Below, piece after piece: positions 45,821 to 55,600 of a stretch of DNA of 64,000 nucleotides. How positions within the stretch are numbered: position 1 is the first letter of the stretch; each line of letters opens with the position of its first letter. Below the pieces are notes generated by a model, which saw only the letters and a list, made by a program, of their open reading frames with translations, ran no database searches and was not told where the DNA came from. Both the position numbers and the translations under genes were made by a program. The stretch is from the NCBI GenBank assembly GCA_021413735.1, contig JAIOPV010000276.1:5873-69872 (forward strand), given 5' to 3'. This DNA is from Planctomycetota bacterium. GTDB taxonomy: Bacteria > Planctomycetota > Planctomycetia > Gemmatales > Gemmataceae.

Positions 45821-47125
45821 GTGTCCCAACTCACTCGCCGCGAGCTGTTCTGCCTGTCCGCCGCCGGGGTCGGGGGCGCGTCCGCCTCCGGGTGGCTCGG
45901 CGCCCTCGCCGCACACGCCGCCAAGCCCCTCGCGGGCAAGAAGGCGAAGCAGTGCATCCTCCTCTGGATGGACGGGGGGCCCTCCCACCACGACACGTTC
46001 GACATGAAGCCGGACGCCCCGGCCGATGTCCGCGGCGAGTTTACGCCGATTCAGTCGTCCGTCACCGGTCTTCAGGTGACGGAGATGCTCCCTCGGGTGG
46101 CGAAGGTGATGCACCTCGCGGCGGTAATTCGCGGGATGAGCACCGGGGAGTCGGAGCACGGCCGCGCGCGGACGTACCTCCACACCGGCTACCGGGTCGG
46201 GGCGGGCGGGCTCCAGTATCCGACGATGGGCTCGCTGATGACCGCCGCGGCAGGCGAACCGGCCGACGCCGCGATGCCGAACTTCGTCGTCACCGGGACG
46301 CACCTGAACCCGGCGAACTGGTCGTATGTCGCCAGCCCCGGGCACCTCGGCCCGCGGCACACCCCGCTCATCGTCGCCGACCCGGCCGGTGGGGTGGCGA
46401 ACCTCAAGCCGGGGGTGGACGACGCCGAGTTCGACGACCGCGCCGCAGTGCTCGACCAGATGACCCGCGGCTTCCTCCGCGACCGCCCGGCACCGCCAGC
46501 GGCTGCCCAGGCGACCGCCTACCAGCGGGCCGTGCAGCTCATGCGGTCGCCGAAGGGTAAGGCGTTCGACCTGTCGGCCGAGCCGCTGAAGGTGCGAGCG
46601 ACCTACGGCGACCACGCGTTCGGCAAGGGGTGTCTGCTGGCCCGGCGGCTGGTCGAAGTCGGGGTGCCGTTCGTCGAGGTGTACCACGCCCCGACCCCCG
46701 GCGGGTGGGACAACCACACCGGCGCGCGGGCGAAGGAGGTTAAGACCCTCGCCCTGCCGCAACTCGACCAGGGGATGAGCGCCCTGCTCGCCGACCTGAA
46801 GGACCGCGGCCTGCTGGACAACACGCTGGTGGTATGGATGGGCGAGTTTGGCCGCACCCCGAAAGTGAAGCCCGACGGCGGGCGCGACCACTACGCCCGG
46901 GCGTGGACGACGCTCCTTGCGGGCGGCGGTGTCCAGGGCGGCGCGATCGTCGGGCGGACCGACAAGACCGGGGCAACGGTCGAGGACCGCCCGGTGTCCG
47001 CTGCCGACTTCATGGCGACGGTCTGCCAGGCTCTCGGCGTTGACCCGGAGACCGAGTTCCAGGTGGGGGAGCGCCCAGTCCGGGCTGTGGACAAGGGATC
47101 CAAGCCGCTCACCGAACTGTTCTGA
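45821..47125 (+). CDS. DUF1501 protein (Tat-type leader)
   Basis: GTG start VSQLTRRELF. WMDGGPSHHDTFDMKP, WDNH, GEFGRTP and GRDHY. Close paralog of 27591-28889. Confidence 0.92.
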   Translation: MSQLTRRELFCLSAAGVGGASASGWLGALAAHAAKPLAGKKAKQCILLWMDGGPSHHDTFDMKPDAPADVRGEFTPIQSSVTGLQVTEMLPRVAKVMHLAAVIRGMSTGESEHGRARTYLHTGYRVGAGGLQYPTMGSLMTAAAGEPADAAMPNFVVTGTHLNPANWSYVASPGHLGPRHTPLIVADPAGGVANLKPGVDDAEFDDRAAVLDQMTRGFLRDRPAPPAAAQATAYQRAVQLMRSPKGKAFDLSAEPLKVRATYGDHAFGKGCLLARRLVEVGVPFVEVYHAPTPGGWDNHTGARAKEVKTLALPQLDQGMSALLADLKDRGLLDNTLVVWMGEFGRTPKVKPDGGRDHYARAWTTLLAGGGVQGGAIVGRTDKTGATVEDRPVSAADFMATVCQALGVDPETEFQVGERPVRAVDKGSKPLTELF

Positions 47126-47154
47126 CCCCCGAGCCCGACCACCAGAATCGCCTC

Positions 47155-47316
47155 ATCTTGTGTCAGGAACACAGGCTCGGCAAGGACGGGGAGTGGGACA
47201 ACTGGCGGGTGGAAGGCCCAGCGTTCGTGTGGTACTTCCGCGGCTTCCCGCACGTTCACATCTGGTTCCACGCCGCCGAGAACCCGGACGTCCCCGGCAC
47301 GTCCCACTTCGGATGA
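47155..47316 (+). pseudogene. Headless 3' tail of a DUF3500-type gene
   Basis: ...LGKDGEWDNWRVEGPAFVWYFRGFPHVHIWFH...* matches the WDxWRxEGPxFVWxFRGxPHVH C-terminal signature of planctomycete DUF3500 proteins, as recalled. No start codon and no upstream domain. Confidence 0.7.
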
Positions 47317-47346
47317 CGCCCTCGCTCGCCTCACCCGTTCCGCCGG

Positions 47347-47418
47347 AAATCCGAACCCCCGGAAAGATTCGCTGCGGGATTTAGTGGGGTTGGGCTAAAT
47401 ACTGAGGAGGAGATCACG
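47347..47418 (+). promoter_or_regulatory. Conserved upstream element, copy B
   Basis: Homologous to 35298-35365; lies 85 bp upstream of the ECF sigma start. Confidence 0.55.
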
Positions 47419-47502
47419 GGACGGGCTTACAACCCGGCCGAATTCTGCTCTACGTATCGGGCGGAAGTTGTTTCCGTGCAGTGGCTTGTGGGATGGTCGG
47501 AC

Positions 47503-48018
47503 ATGGGCGTTTCCACTGAATTCGTGACGCAGATCACCCGCTCTCAGCGGCAGTTGCACTCGTTCATTCTGTCGATGGTGTGGAATCCGGCCGAGGCGGA
47601 CGACGTGCTCCAGGAGACGAATCTGGTGCTCTGGGAGAAAGTGTCCGAGTTCGATGCTGGCCGGCCATTTCTGCCGTGGGCGATGCAGTTCGCCCAGTTC
47701 CAGGCGTTGGCGTGGCTCAAGCGGCGCCGGCGGCAACGGCTTGTATTCGACGACGATCTGGCCCGACTGCTCGCGGACGATGCCATTCAGGAAGAGTTGA
47801 CGTTTGAAGACCGGCGAGAGGCCCTCGCGACGTGCCTGCAGAAACTCCCAGCCGAACAGCGTGACCTGATTGCCCGGCGCTACGAACCGGAGGGGTCGGT
47901 GAACGCCATTGCCACGGCCGGCGGGACGTCGCCTAAGGCGGTCTCGGATCGGCTGCGGCGGATCCGCCACACGTTGCTCCAGTGCATCCAGCGGACGCTC
48001 AGGGAGGCCATCGCGTGA
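47503..48018 (+). CDS. ECF sigma-70 factor (Rhodopirellula/Verrucomicrobium type, TIGR02989-like)
   Basis: ADDVLQETNLVLWEK..FD...FLPWA (region 2) and LATCLQKLP..QR.LI..RY...S...AV...L.RIR..L..CI (region 4). Confidence 0.92.
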   Translation: MGVSTEFVTQITRSQRQLHSFILSMVWNPAEADDVLQETNLVLWEKVSEFDAGRPFLPWAMQFAQFQALAWLKRRRRQRLVFDDDLARLLADDAIQEELTFEDRREALATCLQKLPAEQRDLIARRYEPEGSVNAIATAGGTSPKAVSDRLRRIRHTLLQCIQRTLREAIA

Positions 48019-49589
48019 CGACCAATTACGATCTCGAAGGGCTGTTCAATCGACTCGCTGACGGCCTCGCGTCGGAGGCCGACGAACGCACCCTGACCGA
48101 GTTGCTCCGCAGTAGCCCCGAAGTGCGGCGTGCGTATCGCGAGTTCATGGCGTTGCACTCGGGGTTGCACTGGGACTACGTCGCCGCCGCCGGGCCCGAA
48201 GTTCCTCAGCCCCCAACCGTGCCGGCCCCGCCCACTGGTTCCTCATGGCGGGCCGGTTGGTTCGCTGCGTTCGGCGCAGGGATGCTGTTGGCCAGTGCTG
48301 CGGCCTTGGCCCTGTTCCTCCTGCGACCCGTTCCACCGGGCCCGCCTGAACAGACCGCCTCGCCGCCGAAGCCTGATGTTCCGAAGGAGGGCTCGATCTC
48401 GGCCCTGTTGGTGGACGGGGTGGGAGCGGAGTTCGCTCTGGGTCGCGCGCCCGACGGAGTCCGATTTGGCCCCGGTGAGTACGAACTGGTCAAGGGCATC
48501 GTCCACCTTCGGTTCGCGCAGGGGGCCGACATGGTGCTGGTCGCCCCGGCTCGCATCGAAGTCACTGACGCGCAGCGTACCCGGCTGGTGCAAGGCCAGG
48601 TGCGGGTGATCGCGCCCCCGACCGCGAAGGGGTTCACGGTCGCCACGAAGGCCGCCAACTACATTGATCTGGGAACCGAGTTCGGCTTGCGGGTCGATCC
48701 CGCCAGCGGGGCCAGCGACCTGTACGTGTTCGACGGGCAGGTGGATGTCACCGACTCGCGGTCGGGCGCGGTGCGGTCGGTCATGGGCGGCAAGTCGTCG
48801 CGGTCGGTGGACGGTCGGCCGACCGACGCCCCGCCGCTGAAGGAGGGGGACTTCCCAACACCCGGTTCCATCGGCCTGAAACGCTGGGAGCAGTATGAAC
48901 TGGAGATACGAAAGGACCGCACCCTGTTGGCGTTCTTCCCGTTCCGACGCCAGGCCGACGAGTCCGTGTTGGTGAACGCGATCGAGGGCGGCGGGATGGG
49001 CGACGGTCGAGTTGTCGGCGCGCGGTGGACGACCGGCCGGTGGCCCGGTAAGGACGCTCTGCTCTTCGACCGCGACACCGACTTCGCGCAGGTGACGATC
49101 CCCGGTGAGCACCAGGAACTGACACTCGCGGCATGGGTGAAGGTCGAACGCATCGACTTCGTGCTCAACGCGATCCTGAACTCCGACGGGTACGAACCGG
49201 GCGGCATCCACTTCCAGTTGAATCGCCAGGGGTTCGTCCGCGGCGGCGTGATCCTAGCGGGGAACTTCAAGGACCCGTTCGTGGGGAAACCGGTTCCGCT
49301 CGGGAGCTGGGTCCACGTCGCCTCGGCGATCTCCGCTCGGACACGCTCTCAGCAGATCTATGTGAACGGGGTGCTGGCCCGCGAGCGGAACTGGCAGAAC
49401 GAAACGCTGGTGCGGCCCGGTTCGTGTCGGATTGGCAACTGGCTGGCCATTCCGAAAGACCAGTTCCCGACCCGTGCGTTACGTGGTCAGATGGACGAAC
49501 TCGCGGTCTGGAGCCGGGCTCTGCCGAAGGAAGAAATCGGGCGGTTGGTCGAGACCGGACGCCCCGGATTACTGTGGAACAAGGAATAA
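48015..49589 (+). CDS. FecR-domain anti-sigma factor with a C-terminal LamG-like jellyroll
   Basis: GTG start overlaps the sigma TGA. N-terminal anti-sigma helix, TM segment AGMLLASAAALALFLL, FecR motif IDLGTEFGLRV..LYVFDGQV, then LTLAAWVK, WVHVA, IYVNG, IGNW and GQMDELAVWSRAL. Confidence 0.9.
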   Translation: MTTNYDLEGLFNRLADGLASEADERTLTELLRSSPEVRRAYREFMALHSGLHWDYVAAAGPEVPQPPTVPAPPTGSSWRAGWFAAFGAGMLLASAAALALFLLRPVPPGPPEQTASPPKPDVPKEGSISALLVDGVGAEFALGRAPDGVRFGPGEYELVKGIVHLRFAQGADMVLVAPARIEVTDAQRTRLVQGQVRVIAPPTAKGFTVATKAANYIDLGTEFGLRVDPASGASDLYVFDGQVDVTDSRSGAVRSVMGGKSSRSVDGRPTDAPPLKEGDFPTPGSIGLKRWEQYELEIRKDRTLLAFFPFRRQADESVLVNAIEGGGMGDGRVVGARWTTGRWPGKDALLFDRDTDFAQVTIPGEHQELTLAAWVKVERIDFVLNAILNSDGYEPGGIHFQLNRQGFVRGGVILAGNFKDPFVGKPVPLGSWVHVASAISARTRSQQIYVNGVLARERNWQNETLVRPGSCRIGNWLAIPKDQFPTRALRGQMDELAVWSRALPKEEIGRLVETGRPGLLWNKE

Positions 49590-49656
49590 CGACTCTGCGA
49601 CAATGCTTTCGTGCATCCCACCATAAACACAAGTCCCTTGCGCTGGAGATAGCCGC

Positions 49657-51039
49657 ATGAATGTTCACCCCTGTGCGGGGCCGGTGTCACGGCGGTCGTT
49701 CCTCACCATGGGCACGCTGGGCATCACGGGGCTGAGCCTCGCTGATGTGATGCAACTGCGGGCCGCCCAGGGGAGGTCGAGCCTCGCCCCGGACACGTCG
49801 GTCATCTTCGTGTGGCTGGCTGGCGGGCCGCCGCACCTCGACATGTACGACATGAAGCCGGACTCGCCCGAGGAATACCGCGGGCCGTTCAAACCGATCC
49901 CGACGAACGTCCGGGGTCTCGATGTGTGCGAGCACATGCCGCTGCACGCCAAGTGCGCGGACAAGTACACCGTGATCCGCAGTATCGCGCACACGTTCAA
50001 CGACCACGGCGGTGGGTCCAAGCGGGTGATGACGGGGCGCATTCCGAACACGCCGACGGAGACCGTGAACGACTCCCCTGCGGTCTGCACGATCGTCTCC
50101 AAGATGCGGGAGAAACTCCAACTCGGCCTGCCCAACTGTGTCTCGGTGGTCGATGGTGGCCGGGCCGGAGTGGACACGTACGCGCAGGGGGCGGCGTGGC
50201 TCGGCCACGGGTACACGCCGTTCATGGTGGACGGCGACCCGAGCAAACCGAATTTCCAGGTGAAGAACATCGGTGTCAGCGAGGAGATGGCACTGCGGCT
50301 CGACGACCGGTTCACGCTCCTCCGGGGCATCGAGGGGGTGCGCCGCGAGGCGGACACGAACCCCGCGCTGAAGACGATGGGCGGGCAGTACGCTCGCGCC
50401 TTCGACATGCTGACCAGCACACAGGCCCGGGCTGCGTTCGACCTGTCGAAGGAGCCGGTCGCGCTGCGCGAGCGGTACGGGATGAACGCGTGGGGCCAAC
50501 GGGCGCTGCTGGCCCGGCGACTGGTCGAAGCCGGGTGCAGCTTCGTGACGGTGGTGATGGAGAACCCGCACATCAACGGGTGCTTCTACAACTGGGACAC
50601 GCACGCGGTCAACCACGACAACTTCATCGACATGAAGCTGCGTCTGCCGGTGTACGACAAGGTCATCACGGCGCTCGTCGAGGATCTGCACGCGCGGGGT
50701 CTGAACAAGAAGGTGCTGCTGGTGGTGACGGGCGAGTTCGGACGGTCGCCGAGGATTAGCAAGGCCGACGGTGGGGCCAAGGGGATGCGTAACGGGCGTG
50801 AGCACTGGCCGCAGTCGATGTCGGTGTTGGTCTCCGGTGGCGGTATGAAAATGGGACAGGTGATCGGCTCGACCGACAAGCTGGGCACACACCCGCATGA
50901 GAACCGCCTGACGCCGGAAGATCTGTGGGCGACCGTCTACAAGCACCTGGATATCGAACCGCACAGTTTCCTCTACGACCCACAACAACGACCGGTTCCG
51001 ATCCTGCCGTCCGGCCAATCGATCCGCGAGCTGCTGTAA
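49657..51039 (+). CDS. DUF1501 protein
   Basis: SRRSFL, WLAGGPPHLDMYDMKP, LLARRLVEAG, WDTH, GEFGRSP and GREHWP. Confidence 0.93.
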   Translation: MNVHPCAGPVSRRSFLTMGTLGITGLSLADVMQLRAAQGRSSLAPDTSVIFVWLAGGPPHLDMYDMKPDSPEEYRGPFKPIPTNVRGLDVCEHMPLHAKCADKYTVIRSIAHTFNDHGGGSKRVMTGRIPNTPTETVNDSPAVCTIVSKMREKLQLGLPNCVSVVDGGRAGVDTYAQGAAWLGHGYTPFMVDGDPSKPNFQVKNIGVSEEMALRLDDRFTLLRGIEGVRREADTNPALKTMGGQYARAFDMLTSTQARAAFDLSKEPVALRERYGMNAWGQRALLARRLVEAGCSFVTVVMENPHINGCFYNWDTHAVNHDNFIDMKLRLPVYDKVITALVEDLHARGLNKKVLLVVTGEFGRSPRISKADGGAKGMRNGREHWPQSMSVLVSGGGMKMGQVIGSTDKLGTHPHENRLTPEDLWATVYKHLDIEPHSFLYDPQQRPVPILPSGQSIRELL

Positions 51040-51168
51040 TCTCCCGCCGACACCCGCGAGACCGACGAAAGCCGGTCCCTCGGGCCCGCCTCGAAACCGT
51101 TCGTCGTCATTCCCCGCGAGAGCCTCGTTAGGAATTCACGCCCCAAACTTCAGATCGGCTGGAACACC

Positions 51169-52515
51169 ATGACTCAAATCGAAGCTGCCAAAGCCGGCCT
51201 CCACCGGCGTGAACTTCTGCGGATGGGTGCCGCGTCGTTTTGCGGCCTGGCCCTGACCGATTTCTTGCGGGCCGACGCGCGCTCCGCGCTCGACTCCGCA
51301 TACCGCAAGAAGTCGATTGTCAACGTCTGGTTGGCCGGCGGCGCATCGCACCTGGACACGTTCGACATGAAGCCGGACGCCCCGGCGGAGTTCCGCGGGG
51401 AATTCAAGCCGATCGCGACGCGGGTGCCGGGGCTGCAGATCTGCGAGCACATGCCCAGGATCGCCGAGCGGATGGACCGCATGGTCCTGATCCGCTCGCT
51501 CACGGGCACAGTCGACTCGCACGACGGGGCGATGTGCGCGACCGGCTACCCGCCGGGCAACCTGAAGAACATCGGCGGGCGACCGAACATTGGGTCGGTC
51601 GTCGCCAAACTCCAAGGCCCCACCAATGGCAACGTACCCACGTCGGTCGCCATGATCTCCGGGTACAACCCCAGTGAGCAGGCTTACTTTCGCTCGGCGG
51701 GATACCTGGGCTCGACCTACGACTGTTACACCCCGGACAGCGAGGGGGCGCGAGCCAACCTGACCGCGCGGAACGTGACGCCAGACCGCCTGCGGCTCCT
51801 GTCGGGCTTCGACACGGGCAGCAGGGAGCGCGATACCCGTGGAACCATGGAGGCGATGGATGTCTACACCCAGCGGGCGATCGAGTTCTTGACCTCGCGG
51901 GAGTTCGCGCGGGCGCTCGACATCAACGCTGAGCCGCTGAAGGTGCGGGATCGGTACGGCATCGGGTTCGGGAAGAGTCCCAAATCCAAAAGAACACTGG
52001 GCCTGCAAAACGCTCGGTTCCTCATGGCGCGGCGGCTGATCGAGTGCGGCGCGCGCTGCGTGAACGTGACCTGGGAAGAGGAGGGCGAACGGCGGTGGGA
52101 CACCCACAGTGACAACTTCAACGCCCTGCGTCATGAATTATTGCCGTCCTTCGACCTCGGCCTCAGTGCCTTTTTCGACGACCTCGAGGCGCGGGGCCTG
52201 ATGGACGACGTCCTCGTGCTCGTCTGGGGCGAATTCGGTCGAACACCGCGGATCAACGACAAAGCGGGCCGCGACCACTACGCCCCGGCGGCATCTGCGC
52301 TGTTGTTCGGAGGCGGTCTCAAAGTGGGCCAAGTGATTGGAAGCACGACGAAGAACGGTGAACGGCCCAAGGATCGCCCGATCCACTACCAACAGATGTT
52401 CGCCACGCTGTACCGGCACCTCGGGATCGACCCGGCGACCACCACAATCATGGACCCGAACAACCGTCCGCAATACCTCCTCGAGGAGGCGGACCCGATC
52501 CGCGAACTGCTGTGA
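51169..52515 (+). CDS. DUF1501 protein
   Basis: HRRELL, WLAGGASHLDTFDMKP, LMARRLIECG, WDTH, GEFGRTP and GRDHY. Confidence 0.93.
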   Translation: MTQIEAAKAGLHRRELLRMGAASFCGLALTDFLRADARSALDSAYRKKSIVNVWLAGGASHLDTFDMKPDAPAEFRGEFKPIATRVPGLQICEHMPRIAERMDRMVLIRSLTGTVDSHDGAMCATGYPPGNLKNIGGRPNIGSVVAKLQGPTNGNVPTSVAMISGYNPSEQAYFRSAGYLGSTYDCYTPDSEGARANLTARNVTPDRLRLLSGFDTGSRERDTRGTMEAMDVYTQRAIEFLTSREFARALDINAEPLKVRDRYGIGFGKSPKSKRTLGLQNARFLMARRLIECGARCVNVTWEEEGERRWDTHSDNFNALRHELLPSFDLGLSAFFDDLEARGLMDDVLVLVWGEFGRTPRINDKAGRDHYAPAASALLFGGGLKVGQVIGSTTKNGERPKDRPIHYQQMFATLYRHLGIDPATTTIMDPNNRPQYLLEEADPIRELL

Positions 52516-52635
52516 GCGCCGCCCTGAGGCGTGGGGTCGCTCCTGCTCCCATCCATTTCCCACAGGCAAGGCGTCCGGAACTGCTGAACACGGACCTTTT
52601 GCCGGGCGCAATGACGTGCAACTCGGAGGTACACC

Positions 52636-55600
52636 ATGCGACAGGCGATTTACGGCGTGCTCTGTCTTTGCTTGTTCCACAGCGTCACCGGTCGCGCTGA
52701 GGAGCTGTCGGCTGAGCGTGCCAAACAACTGTTGCAAGACAAGAGCGGCCGGCTCATCTTGAATCACCTGACCGTGCTCTCGCCCGATGCAGCGAAGGAT
52801 TTGGCGCGCCACGAGGGGTGGCTGTCCCTGAACGGCCTCAGGTCCCTCCCGAACGAATCCGCGGAGGTGCTCGCTCTGCACAAGGGGCAGTTGCACCTCG
52901 ACGGGTTGACGGCGCTCTCGCCGGAAGCTGCCCGATCACTGGCCCGGCACTACGGCGAACTGTCCCTCAACGGGTTGACGTCGCTCTCGGACGAGGCAGG
53001 GGTTGCACTCGCGAAGCACACGGGCGGTCGCCTGTACCTCAAGGCTGTGAAATCGCTTTCGCCCGATGTGGCCAAGGCACTGGCGCAACGCAAAGGGGGC
53101 GGGCCGTCGAACCAAGTCCGCCTCGACGGACTGGAATCCCTTTCGGTCGAGGCTGCTGCGGCGCTGGCAGAAATGCATGGCCACAACTGGGATGGTCGGC
53201 TTCCCGCCATGAAGACCATTCCTGAAGACGTGGCCCGGGCACTGGCCAAACGTCCGGGAGGGCTTTCCCTCGAAGGGCTGACGTCGCTCTCGGACGAGGC
53301 AGCCAAGGCACTTGGCGGAAAACTGGGTGGCAACCTACCGGGTTTGACCTCGCTCACGGTTGAGTCGGCCAAAGCGATTGCTGGACCGGTTCCGGGGCAA
53401 TTTCATCGCACGCTCAACCTTGATGGATTGACCGCGCTACCCGATGACATCGCTCTGGCGATTGGTGGCAAGGACAGTCGCGGCAACCTGTACCTCAACG
53501 GCCTGACTTCGCTGACCCCTGCAGCCGCGAAGGCCATCTGCCAGCGCGAGGGCGATCTTTACCTCGACGGCCTCACCACAATCCCCGACGACACACTCAA
53601 GGCGATCACCGAACACAAGTCGCCCGGCTACGCGAGGCCGATTGTCTTCCTCAAGGGGCTAACGAAGCTGTCTGACGACGGGGCCGTGATCCTCGCGGCC
53701 TGGCCGAAGTGGTGCGGTGAACTGCCCGCCTTGTCGATGCTCTCCGAAAAGACCGCTGTAGCCCTGGCATCGTCACGGAACTGGGATGGCAAACTCCCCG
53801 CCGTGAAGCAACTCTCGGCGGAAGTCGCAAAAGCACACGCGAAACGTCGAGGCAACCTCTCCCTTGACGGCCTCGCCGAACTGTCCGATGCCGCGGCGAA
53901 CGCACTCGCCGAACATCGGGATGGTACTCTTTCGCTGAACGGGCTGAAGAACCTCTCGGACAAGGCCGCCGCGGCGCTGGCCCGGCACGACGGGCGGCTG
54001 TCCCTCAATGGACTGACGACCCTGTCCGATGGTGCCGCCGGTGCCCTTGCGCAGCACCCGGGCGACTGGTTGATCCTCGATGGCCTCACGACTCTCACTG
54101 ATTCGGCGGCCAAGGCTCTGGCTCAGCACCGGGGCGTGGTCTCACTCAACGGGTTGACCGCACTCGCCCCCGAAACGCTAAAGACACTGAAAACCAATAC
54201 CAGGATTGGCCTGCCCGAGTCGTTCCGCACCGCGGTCGTCCACCAGCCCACGAAGGCCGATGCCAAGATGGTGCGTGCCTTCCTCGAAACTCATTGCGCG
54301 AGTTGTCACGACGCACAATCGAAGTCGGGTGATTTCACGCTCGCACCGCTCGATCAAGACGATGTCGCCGGCCGCGTTGCCTACGCCTCAATCCTGGAAC
54401 GGCTTCGTGCCGGTGACATGCCCCCGCCGTCGAAGAAGGAGCGCCCCGACCCCGCTGAGGCGGCCGGGGTGGCGAAGTGGATCGAGGCGAAGCTCGACGC
54501 CCCACTACGGGGCAAGCCCGCCTATCACCCCGTGCGGGAGAAGCCGATCGACGGGAACCGGCTGCCGAACGCGATCCTGTTCGGCGGCCCGCGCGGGCCG
54601 AGCGTCCCGCCCCCGCCGCGGCTCTGGCGGCTCTCGCCGTCGGCCTACACCAAATGGCTCGGGGAGTTCAACGCGCACGGCCTGCAGCAGCCGTTCGGCG
54701 TGATCCAGGACGCGGGCTTCCGCGACTTCGCCTCCCTGTACGCACCCGACGAGGGAGCCACAAGTTTGCTCCTGTCAAATGCCGAGTTGCTGGTCGCCGC
54801 TCAGGTCCGCGCTCACCAACTCGTGAACACCAACGACAACCCAGTCGCGGCGAAGGAGACCCTCTGGCCCAATGATGCTCGCATCAAAACCGCGACCGAC
54901 GCCGAGCGGGAACTTCTCAAGAAGGGCGTGCGAGTGCGACAGGGTAATGGGGTGTTTGCTCCCCTCATGCACCCGCATGTTCGGGCCAGCAAGGATGAGT
55001 TGGAGAAGGCCATCCGGCAGCAGTACCAGACGGCGATCGCCCGGCAACCGAGTGACAAGGAGTTGGCGAGCGTCCTGGCCCTGTACGACGACATCGCCCG
55101 TGACGGTGATTTCCCACTGGCCGGGCGAACGATCCTCATGGCCCCGATGCTGACGCCGGAGGCCATTCTGCGGTTCGAGGTCGGCACGGGGGCCGAGATG
55201 CGGCCGGACGTCCGCATGCTGTCGCCCCGCGAGACCGCCTTCGCGCTGAGCCTGGCGCTTTCGAGCAAACGGGATCCCGGACTCCTCACGGCCGCGGCGC
55301 TGGGCAAGTTGACCACCCGCGCGGAAGTGGCCGAGAGCGTGCGGCGCATCCTCGACGACCCGAAGGTCGACAAGTCGCAGGTGCTGTGGTTCTTCCGCGA
55401 GTACTTCGACTACTACCGCGCCCCAGAGGTGTTCAAGGATCCGCTGCCCGATTACCTCCAGCGCCGGGGCATCGGGTACAGCCCACAGGGCTACGTCGCG
55501 GACACCGATTTCGCGATCCTGAACATCCTGGCCCACGACAAGGACGTGCTGAAAGAGTTGCTCACGACGACGGCCTCGTTCCGCAGCCATGAGTTGTTCA

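Noticed and set aside
6790-47125. Longer N-termini given by the ORF track (e.g. 8247, 10521, 16137, 19671, 30959, 32110, 36822, 43521, 45764)
   Set aside because: The extensions overlap upstream genes or repeats. The downstream starts give signal peptides, RBSs or ATGA coupling.
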